Position numbers and translations under genes: made by a program. Shown piece by piece: positions 24,957 through 36,500 of a stretch of DNA of 64,000 nt. The DNA lies in NCBI GenBank assembly GCA_043228905.1, contig JBHGNT010000022.1, positions 8,122,001 through 8,186,000 on the forward strand, written 5' to 3'. Origin of the DNA: Azolla caroliniana (Eukaryota; Plantae; Polypodiophyta). Position 1 is the stretch's first letter. Every line of letters begins with the position of its first letter. The notes below the pieces were generated by a model. That model saw nothing but the letters and a program-made list of their open reading frames with translations, was not told the DNA's origin and searched no databases.

Positions 24957-27900
24957 TGTATGAGACCTCCCTATGTGTGGAGAAGCGTATGCGTAAGGCA
25001 CAGAGTACACAATTTAGAAATATGACAGTTCGGTAAAACGCAGAAATCACAGAGAAGGAGAAGGAGAGACAGAGACAGAGCATAAACAAAACTATATTCA
25101 AAAAATAATTCTTTGTATGTTCTCTGTACATACTTTGTGCTCAGTGAGCACCTTTTTAAATACAAGCCCTGACTATTGGGCTGACACAGGTACTGTTAGT
25201 ACTTGACCGCTCATAAATGAGCATCCTACACTTACTCCCAAAATTATTCCTTACGAGGAATAACATTCTAACGGCCTCTCGGTTTACGCACCATTACGGC
25301 CATGTTGTGTGTACGGTTTTACGAACCCAGTCTACACACTGGGTTATGCACCCGTTTACGCACCCAATGTTGAGCTTGTATCTCAAGACTCCCACTCAAG
25401 CTCAACTTGAGGTTCTGCGTGCTCCTCCAGATCTTCGCTCCGGCTTCTCCTGGCTTCACACCTCGCTCGCGCTCTTTGACCCGTCCGATTCTGCGCGCCT
25501 CGACCCTTTCGGTCGGCTTGTTTGCTCAGATGGCCCTTCTCAGCTCCCTTGCTATCACAACGTTGGTGTCTCTTTCGCTGCCCTTTTTTTTCTCTTGGCC
25601 TCAGTCGATTCATAATGTCCGAATCGAACATTTCGATTGAATCAGTCACTCCCGATTCATTTCCGCTTACATCCGAATTGGTTGTCTCCAATTTGTCTTC
25701 TCTCTTTGGGCCTTTGACAACATCAGACCACATCTTGGTCTTGGCCTTATCTACCCCTTGTTCGGCTATCTTCGGCTCTTCCCTGCGGTTACGGCCCTTG
25801 CTTACTTCTTCAGCTTCTTTAGACGGCCCGAAATCAAATTCTTCATCGCGATCACTACCGCTCCTTTCATGGTCCTGTTCCTGTCGCTCCTTTCACACAC
25901 ATGTTCCTGTCTTCCCCTCAAGTTCGGCGTCTCGAGGTGATGCAAACCCAGCTCACTTAAGAAATGCCACAATTTGTCGAGACCAAGGGGCTTGGTGAAG
26001 ATGTCGGCAATCTGCCGACCCGTCGGAACATACGCTAGTTCGACTTCACCAGAAAGGACATGCTCGCGGACAAAATGGTAGTGCACCTCAATGTGCTTGG
26101 TTCGGGCATGGAATATAGGGTTTTTCGCAAGGTGGATATTGCTGAGGTTGTTGCAATAAATCATCGTTAGATCGGACACCTCCACATGCAGATCTCGTAA
26201 TAGCCATTTCAGCCAAATGACTTCGCACGTAGCGACAGTCGCCCCTTGATATTTGGCCTCTATGCTCGACAGTGCTACAGTCGGTTGCTTCTTACTGCTC
26301 CATGCGATCACTGCACTTCCCAATGAGAATGCGTATCCGGATGTGGATTTACGATCATGGGCATTTCCGGCCCAATCGACATCCGTGAAGCCAATTAATT
26401 GTTCGGCTACGCCTACCCGATACAACAACGCCATGTCTTTAGTGCCACTGACATATCGCAATATCCTTTGCGCGCACTGAAAGTGTTCAACTATAGGCTG
26501 TGACATAAACTGATTGATCAACCTGACCGAATAGCTGAGGTTCGACCGAGTGATCGTCAAGTAGATGAGGCTTCCGACAATCTGTCGAAACTGTGTTGGT
26601 TCGCACGTCTTTCCCGAATCTCAGCGAAGCTTGACGTTTCTGTCCAGAGGGGTCGAGATGGGCTTACAATCTGCCATCCTGAACTTGAAGAGCATATTCA
26701 GTGCGTAATGATGCTAGCTAATCAATATGCCTTTGGGGGGGATGGATCACTTCGATCCCGAGGAAGTAATGAAGGTCGCCAAGATCCTTCATGTCGAATG
26801 ATGCCGCAAGCTGAAACTTCATGTGGCGGATTTCTTCCAGGTCGGCACCGGTGATGACTAAATCGTCAACATATAGTAGAATGCTAACCGGTCCATGTTT
26901 ACCTTGCCGAACAAATAATGAAGAGTCTAACATGGACGTCGTGAACCCCATCCTACACAACCGCTGCGTAATCTTCGCGTTCCAAGCTCACGGGGCTTGG
27001 TTAAGTCAGTATAAAGACTTCTTCAATCGGCAAACTGTCGAAGTGTTCTGTTCGGATAGAAATCCAGGGGCCTGTACCATGTACACTTGTTCCTCAAGAT
27101 CACCTTGCAGGAACACATTCTTTACATCCATCTGATGTAGATGCCACCCCTTCACCGCAACTACGGCTAGTAGAACTCGCACAGTAGTCATCTTCACGAC
27201 TGGTGTGAAGGTCTCGTCATAATCGATGTCGTGTTTCTTCACATAATGTTGTGCCATGTATTCACATAAAACTTTGGCATATGCGTCCCATCAAGCATTG
27301 CCCTGGCCACTTCTTCAATTGTTCGATTCTTCCGCTCTGTTATGCCGTTCTGCTGCGGTGTGTATCTACACGAGAATTCACGTCAAATTCCTTCCTTCTG
27401 TAGATAACTTGTGAATTGGTCAAAGAAGTACTTCTTCCCGCCATCGGACCATAGGCATTTGATCTTACGCCTTATTTCCCTTTCTGTAAGGCTCTTTACC
27501 TTCAGGAAGCATGCGAAGACTTCACTCTTCTTCGTGACCATGCATGCCCAGGTATGCCGAGTGAAGTCATTGATGAAGGTTACAAAGTAACGGCTTCCAC
27601 CGAGACTCACATTCAGTGTCGGTTCCCACACATTCGAATGGATTAAGTTGAGCGAATTTCGACTCCGATTACGCTCGTTTGGGAACAGAAGTCGGTGTTC
27701 CTTCCCTAGTTGGTAGGCTTCACAGACTTCACCATTCCGGCCACAAAATTTCGGCAAACCAAAAACAATGTTCTTCGTCTACATTTCACGAAGCCGTGGG
27801 AAGTTAACGTGGTCGAACCGCTTGTGCCATAGGTTCTTGGTTATTGTCGGAATGTGTATCACATTCATGAGTTTCCCTTTCTACCCGACGTGGCTGAGAG

Positions 27901-30013
27901 GAACTTCATCGACATGTTTGATGGTATGCGGAGCGTTGTCTCCCGTTTCGACCACTCCTTGTTTTTCCAGTTTCTCCAGGTATGAGAGCCATTCCTCGTG
28001 ACTCATCATATGATTTGACGATCCGGAATCAACATACCACACCTTGCTTGGTTTTGAAGTGTTCATGGCCATCAAATTGACCTTGTGTCATAGACACGAT
28101 GGAATGTAGGGGGTTGAACCCATGACCTCTTAGTCTTATTGGGCAACCTTACCAAATAGAGCGACATTCCATCTATGCATTATTGTATTGGATAAGTTTC
28201 AACTTATTACATTGTAAGTTAATCACTAGAACTTTCAAGAAACTTCTAGAGAATGCATAGACATGCACTCTCTAGAAGTTTCCATACATTCTCTAGATGT
28301 TTCCTAGCTTACATGCATAGCACCACATTCTTGTATAAATACTTCGGTGCACCTTGATTACAATCAAGGTGAACAACACCAGTTACAGAAGCATAATTTA
28401 GTTCTCGCTCTTTTGTCTACCCTCTCTCTCTCTCTTGTTCTCTTGTCTATGCTCCTCTCTATCTATATATCTATCTTTCTCTCTTTCTTAAAATTGAGCT
28501 CGCCTACTTGTCCTTGCCTTCGTCTACGTCCGTGACACCTTGTGCTTCATTACGAAAGTTGTGCCCGATCCATTTCCAGCTCGTTCGGAGCCTTTGGCGT
28601 AATGCGATTTTTGACGCATTCTTGAGTCTCTTCTGGTCGATCCGGTTTTATACGAATTGGCTCTCTTCTTCCAGCACTCATTCTCCTTGTGGCCTTTCTT
28701 GCAACAATACCAGCATTCCGTTGCGGCCTTCTCTTGCTGGCTTCCGGCGCCGCTATGACTCCCCCTACTTCCGGAGGGTTCAGAATTGCTTCTGGAATTT
28801 CGAGTATGCCACACGTTCTGCTCTTTTCGGCCGCATCCATTGCGCGCTGATCCGCCTCGTTCGCCACAACCGCAGGGCCTACCTTCTTCCGTGTACAACA
28901 TCTTGTCATGGGCATGCGAACTCGTCGATGCACCCGCGTGATTTTCCTCCATGAGCAACATCGACTGAAGCTCGAAGAACGAAGGTGTATTCTCCCTTTT
29001 GCAGACTGCCATTCAGAATGTTCCAAACTTTGACGCTAACCCTCCAAGAAAAACCTGCACCATTTCGTCCTCCTCAACTTTCACGTTGACGGAGGCGAGA
29101 GAGTCGCAAATCTCCTTGGTTCGGGTTGTTTAAATTGCCATAGACTGATATTTCTATCGGACATTGCTAAGCTCTTGCCTGAGCTGTAGCTTCCTGGCCG
29201 TTGTGCAAGCGGCGGAAATCCGTTGTCCTTTGGCGTCTTAGCATCCCGAATGTAGCTCAAGAGTTGGTTGCTCACACAGGACACGAAGCAATAAAGAACT
29301 CTGCTTACCCTGTGTTCCCAAGCTGAAAAATCTTTTTGTCGATTCCAGTGTTGTATCATTAGCTCCTTCGACATAACTCCAATAACAATGACCAAGCAGG
29401 TACTGGTGCATCTTCTACAACCAAGATGTGTAGTTGTTCCTGTTGAGCTTCTAAGTCGGTCGCGAGCTTGCCATTCCTCTCTCCATATTGTTGTCTTATC
29501 CTTTCCGCAAACAATAACTTAACTCTGTCTTTATCACAAGCTTTTCTATTGCTTGTAGAGGAGTCTCAACCCTCATGCTCTGATACCATGTAAAAGAATA
29601 CGTATGCGGAAGCGTATGCGTAAGACCCAGAGTACACAATTCTGAAGTATGACAGTTCGGTAAAATGCAGAAATCACGGAGAAGGAGAGGGAGAGACAGA
29701 GAGAGAGTAGAAACAAAACTATATTCAAAAAATAATTCTATGTATGTTCTTTGTATATACTTCGTGCCCAATGAACACCTTTTTATACAAGCCCTGACTA
29801 TTGGGCTGACACAAGTACTGTCAATACTTGACCGCTCATAAATAAGCATCCTACACTTACTCCCAAAATTATTCCTTACGAGGAATAACATTCTAACGGC
29901 CTCTTGGTTTACACACCGCTACGACCATGTTGTGCATACGGTTTTACGCACCCAGTCTACGCACTGGGTTATGCACCCATTTACGCACCCAAGGTTGAGT
30001 TTGTATCTCAACA
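24957..30013 (-). mobile_element. Degenerate Ty1/copia with internal deletions
   Basis: LTRs at about 24957-25388 and 29589-30013, PBS at 29577-29588, gag (CWYCCKKGHKENEC), PR (WYVDSGSSNH), partial IN, RT (LYVDDL), RNase H (ADIFTKPL). Flanking 5-mers do not match. Confidence 0.88.
28086..28537 (+). mobile_element. Solo LTR (452 bp) nested in the Copia gag/PR junction
   Basis: TGTCA...TGACA termini, TSD CCTTG on both sides, TATAAATA box. Confidence 0.9.
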
Positions 30014-31182
30014 CGGAGCCGAAACAAACTTGATTTAATCCATTGAGATGTATGGGGACCGACGCAGAACGTGAGTATCGGTGGAAGTCATTATTTTGTA
30101 ACCTTCATCGATGACTACACTCAACACACTTGGGCGTGCTTGATCGAGAAGAAAAGCAAAGTATTCTCCTACTTCTTGAAGGTGAAAAGCCTTTCTGAAT
30201 GGGAGACAAGCTGAAAGATCAAGTGCCTAAGGTCCGATGGCGGGAAAGAGTACTTTTGAGACCGGTTTTCTAGCTATCTGCAAAAAATAAGGAATTCGAC
30301 GCGATTCTCCTACAAATACACGCCGCGGCAGAATGGCGTGGCTGAAAGGAAGAATCGGACGATCGAAGAAGCGGCTAGGGCAATGCTTGAAGAGAAGCAT
30401 ATGCCGAAGTTTTACTGGGCTGAAGCCGTCAAGATGGCGGTATACCATCATAATCGAACTTCTGCAAATGGAGGAGTGTTGCCACACAAGCTTTATTTTG
30501 GGAAGAAACTGAATTTGGCACACTTGAGGGTTTTCGATAGCAATGCATATGTGCATATGCCGAAAGAGAAGCGGAGGAAGTTAGACGCAAAAGCCGAGAA
30601 GTGCATTCTTGTCGGCTACTTAGATGAGCAGAAGGGTTATAAGTGTTATAACCCCCAAATGAAAGAGGTCATAGTAAGCCGAGATGTCGTTTTCAACGAG
30701 TTGGCTTCGTTGTACTTGCCTTTACCTCCAACTCCCATCCACTCCATTCTGAATTCTGAGGATGAGGCCAGTGAGGCCAAGATGCCCCTAGTGGAAGAAG
30801 AAGTCAGACCTCTAGAAGAGAGTTTGATCTCATTTCGGCTAAGTGGGCTAAATGAGCGACTGAGTTGGATTGACCAGTTAGATGATGAGCAGGCGAATGG
30901 TGGAGTCTCAGCCCTTCAAACCTTGCGCTAGAAACCGAGGAGATGGTTTGAGCGCAAGGAGAAGGGGAAGATGAAGGCACCAGAGTATGACACTAAGGCC
31001 GAAACATTAGATTGAAGCGAATCTGACACAACTAGATGCGAGGGACCTCCGAAAACGAGGTCGAAGTCGGTTGAGAAGGCCATGAAATCGGCGAACCAGA
31101 AGTTACATTGATCCACCCACCAAAAGAATCTTGTAGTTCGGTACAAGTATAATGATTATATAGCACATCATTATGCATATAT
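30014..31182 (+). mobile_element. Copia integrase fragment
   Basis: RSRNKLDLIH*DVWGP; ORF 30338-30931 (AERKNRT...KLDAKAEKCILVGY); ends at YNDYIAHHYAY. Confidence 0.85.
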
Positions 31183-33510
31183 TTTCATGAACACATGACC
31201 ATTATGGCGTCACCCGAACTTGAACCTCGAACCTTGTAATCCATAATTGAAAACCTCAACCATTAAGATAGCTTATTGTCATACGAGAGGATAAAAGCTA
31301 CTTTTTGTATTAGATTGATTATTGTGAAAATTCTAGATCATTCTAGAATGTTCTAGAATGTCCTAGAACATTCTAGAACATTATAGAAATCTCTAAGCTA
31401 TTCTATAGGAACCTATAAATAAGGGCATACATGTATTCTCAAATCAATTCTAATAAACATCAGTCTTTAGCTCTCATTACTTATCTTGTATCCATTCTCT
31501 TTCTTTCTCTATATTAATACACCCATTCTTCTCTTGGCATTTCGTTCCTTTCTTCTCGTGTTCCCTTATATCTTTCTTCCATCACTCTATCTTTTATTCT
31601 TAGTTTTGACAATTTGATTCGAATTCCCTCTCTATCTCTCTCTCTCTCTCGGTCTCTCTCATCCTCCTCTATAACCATCATGAAACAATGGCCGCCATTA
31701 ACTCAGAAGAATGTCCCACCCTTGTTGCAGGAATGGAGAATCTAAAATCCAAGTTCGCATCTCTTGAAGTAGAGAATCAATGTCTAGTTGGGGATCTACA
31801 AAATGTTACTATAGAGGATCAACAACAACAAGAGGAGTTCACGCAACGGGCTCAACAATTAGAGTCGACAATCGTAGTGTTAAAACAACAAAGGGTGGAA
31901 GGTCAAGGACTTATCAAGGAACCCAAAATCAGCCTCCTAGCTAAATTTGATGGTTTGAGGGCACATTTCCAAGGTTTCTTGAATCAAGTACGGTTGGTGA
32001 TTCAAATGCATCCCATGCGTTATCCAACAAATGCATCACGAGTCGGGTTGGTGGGCACCCTATTGACTGCCATAGCGTTGTCGTGATTTGCTCCAATCCT
32101 AGAGACAAATTCTCCTCTACTGGATAACTTTGAGGAATTTATCAAAGAATTTAAGGCTTGTTTCGGAGATACTGATGGGGCGAGAACGGCTATCAACAAG
32201 ATTCCTACACTACGTCAAGGTGATCAGCCAACTTTGACATATGCAGCCAATTTCAGTCTCATTGCAAGCGATATTCCTTGGGATGAGCAAGCCATAATGG
32301 AGCAATTCGGTTCAAGCCTTCGTAGTGATGTCAAAGACTTACTTCTTACCTTCCCCGAGGATCCAAGGTCACTTACAGAAGCTATTAGTTGAGAAATACG
32401 ATGTGATAATCACCTTTTTGAACGTCAATGTGAGCGACAACAACAAATAACAAGATCAAGATTCACACCAACTTATGCATCAGTAACTGCGCAATCATCC
32501 CCAAGGCAAACATATAGCCCTACTCCAACTCCAAGGCAAACACGTGGTCCAGTCCCAATGGATAGTCCTACACCCATGGAGATCGATATCACTCAACAAC
32601 GAGGACCGTTTTCGGACGAAGAGAAGCAAAGACGCCGAGCAAACCGTCTGTGCTTATATTGCGGAGGTCTAGGATGTATAGCCATTCATTTCTCTCGTAG
32701 GCCGAGACGTCAGGTAAATCAAATTCACTATGAAAATAAAAATGAGTCCAACATTTTAAAAACAGTTAGTGAATCTAATATTATGAATAATCCACCCTTG
32801 TTGAATAAGTTTGAATTCCTAAGCCAATTAGAAGAGGAGTCAAATGAATAAGTCCGGCCAAAATAACATATTAGAAGGCTCAACAACCCTATATAAGTTG
32901 TTTTTGTATGTACAAGTTTAGGTGTACATACATTACGTTGTAAGCCTATGGGCGAATAACTTTTACTTGTACTTTTCTCTATGTTTTAATACTATTGAAG
33001 AAAATCTTTCAAGGAAAAAAAAAGTCCGGCCAAAATAGGAGCCATTTGGTTGGACAACCCTAGATATGTACAACCTAGTGTGGGTTTCATTTCTTCCAAG
33101 CATGTTAGTAGAGTCTTCTCAGCCCAAGTACAAGTTAGGACACTGAGTTGTCAACTTCAAGTCCAAGCCCTCTTAGATACTGGAGCCAATTCTTGTTTCA
33201 TGGATAGAGATTTTGCCCAAAAACACCAAATATCCTTTCATACACCTCCTTGTCTAGTTTCCGTAGTAGTGATTGATGGACGTCCCATAGCTTCCGGGAA
33301 GATATTCGAAGAGTCTTAGCCAATACACATACTCTTAGGTGATTTAGGATGTGTAGTTTCCTTTAACATAATCCGTAGTCCTGAGCATCCAATTGTCCTT
33401 GGTTTGCCATGGTTCGACTACATAACCCTAGAATCGATTGGAGGAAGTGAGAAATTTGGTGCCCTTCAACAAAAAATATCATTGCCAAGGATCGAACTCA
33501 GGATTATTCT

Positions 33511-36500
33511 TGTTGAGCGGCAAGCTCAACCGGAGCCGGATCGGCTGAATAAGCCAGAGCCGGTAAGCGAGACGGATCGGGCGAAACGGATCGGTATGAC
33601 GGTGAGCAACCGAACCGGCAAGCAGTGGAGGCCGGGTGCAATCCGTAACCGGAAGTCCAATCGGAAGCCTAGTATAGGATAGACTACTAGGTAGCTATAG
33701 TCAGATGCTCGTGTGAGCATTGAAGTACATGGTACTTCTGTCAGTCCCAAGAGGACTTGTATAAATAGTGCTACATAGCACGTGTGTGCATAGAGTCTTG
33801 ATATAATTTTGAAATTGTGTTCTGCTCTCTCTCTGTCTCTCTCTGTCTCTCTCTCTCTATGTTGTTCTCTGTTTTACGCTTCCGCAAACACTTACGTTTA
33901 CATGGTATCGGAGCGCAAGGGTTGAGAACCTCTGTTGCAGACATTTTCTCTTGAGAAGAAAACCCTAATAGGTCGAAAACAGACACAGTAGAAGACATGG
34001 ATAGAGGCATGACTACGTCGCTCCCGGTTGAGAAGCTCGACAGGAGCAACTACGCATCCTGGTCTTACAAGATGCACCAGTACTTGCTTGGACACGGGTA
34101 CTGTAGTTATGTCGAAGGAGCGAATGATGCGGCGCCCGACTCGGCACATAAGGACTTCTCGGTATGGGAACAGGCGGCAAGCAGGGTGATGTACTGCTTT
34201 GCGTCCAGTGTCGGCGATCAGCTGCTCAGCCACATCCGTGACGCCAAGACACCGAAGGATGCTTGGGGTAACCTGAAAAAGGTTTTCGCCGCAAGCACCA
34301 CTGCCCGGAAGCTGCAACTCAGACAGGAGTTGAGCAATGTTCGACAGAAGAACATGTCCGTGGCAGACTACACGGGCCGGATAAAGGAGATCTGCGACTC
34401 GCTCGCCTCTATCAATGTTACCGTAGAGGAAGACGAGCTGGTGCAGGTATGTCTCGGAGGCCTAGCGTCCAAGTTCAGAGCGTTCCGGACTGCGGTGTGT
34501 ACAAGGGAGAATACCCCCTCATTCTTCGACTTACAGTCGATGCTCCTTGTAGAGGAGAACCACGCTGGTGCATCTACCAGTGCATCCCCGGACAACCGAA
34601 TGTTGTACACGGGAACGGATCGGTTCCGTGGGCGTGGTGGAAGAGGTGGGTCGGCACGCAATGGAGACGGCCGGCGAGAGCAGGAACGGAGGCACTATGA
34701 GCGTGCCGACAGTCGTTCTGGGACTTCCACAAGAAGGGGGAGTCAAGGCGGTGCCGGAGGCCGGCAAGAAAAATCCGCTACAGAATGCTGGTATTGTGGC
34801 AAAAAAGGCCACACGAAAAGTGAGTGCTGGAGAAAGCGTGCCGATTTGGACAAATCCGGATCCGGCAAGACCGGTAAGGATGGCCGACAAAACTCGCACT
34901 ACGCAAACGGATCAGGAGGATCCGGAACCGGAAAGGCCGGTAAGGGGCCAGCCTTGGTGATGAATCACAAGGCAAACTCAATGAAGAAGACCACTTCCAA
35001 AACGGAGGAAGTGTGGTATGTTGATTCTGGCGCGTCGAACCACATGACGAGCCACAAAGAGTGGTTCTCCTTTCTGGAGAAACCGGATCAACCAGGAGTA
35101 GTCGAAACCGGAGACGACACTCCTCACCCAATCGTGCACATCGGAGAAGTCCCTCTAAGCCACGTCGGACAGAAAGGGAAGCTGATGAACGTATTACACG
35201 TTCCGACAATCACGAAGAACCTGGTGTCCGTCGGTCAGATTGTCGACCAGGGGATGCAGGTGCGGTTTACGCACCTCGGGTGCTTCATTGAGGATGAGGG
35301 CGAAGTCATTGCGCAAGGGCGCAGAGACGGGAGGATGTTTATCCTCAACACCAATGACTTTGGCACTGCTCTGTTCGCAAAACGACAGAAGGTCGAGTCG
35401 GACATCGACCTGTGGCACAAGTAGATAGGCCACGTCAACTACCGGAGGCTTCAAGACCTACAAACGAAACAAGTAGTTTTCGGTTTGCCGAAGTTCAGCG
35501 GCCGGAGAGCCGAAATTTGTGAAGCCTGCCAACTTGGGAAGCAACACCGACTTCCATTCCCCACCGAACGGAACCGGAGCCGTAACAAGCTCGATCTCAT
35601 CCATTTGGATGTGTGGGGACCGGCACAAAGTGTAAGCCTTGGCAGGAGCCGATACTTCGTCTCCTTCATCGACAACTATACTCGACATACTTGGATCTAC
35701 CTCATTGAGCGGAAGAGCGAAGTCTTCGACTGTTTCCGGAGCCTCCAGAAGATGGTGGAACGGGAATCGGAGAGGAAGATCAAATGCCTTCGATCGGATG
35801 GCGGAAAGGAATATTTTTACGGCCAATTCACTAGTTATCTGCAGCATAAGGGAATTCGGCGAGAGTTCAGCTGCAGATACACACCGGAGCAAAATGGTGT
35901 GGCCGAAAGGAAGAACTGGACACTCGTCGAAGCGGCAAGGACAATGCTGGAGGAGAAGAGCATGCCCCGGTTCTACTGGGCGGAGGTGGTCCGGATGGCC
36001 GTCTACATACAAAACCGCATTGGTGACAAGGTGTCAGCTCATGAGCTGTATTTCGGGCGCAAGCCGAACTTAAGACACCTTCGGATATTCGGCAGCATAG
36101 CGTATGTGCATGTGCCGGATCAGAAGCAGAGAAAGCTGGATGCAAAATCGGAAAAATGCATCCTAGTTGTCTATGCTCAAGAGCAAAAGGGGTATAAGTG
36201 CTATAACTCCCGGACGAAGGAAGTCCGAGTTAGCCGGGATGTCGAGTTCGATGAATCGGCATCCTGGTACTCCGTACCGACTCCAACTTCCGATCCCGAC
36301 CCAATGCCGGAAGATCAGGCCAGTGAGCCTGAATCAGCCCTGGCAGAGGATGATGAAGCCGGGACTCAAGATGAGAGTCCGGAATCGTTACGGTTGAGTG
36401 GACCGAATGAGCGACTGAGTCGGTTAGACCGGTCGGATGAAGAGACGGCAAGTGGTGGAGACTCTGCCGTGCTCTCCCCGCGCAAGGAACCGAGGAAACG

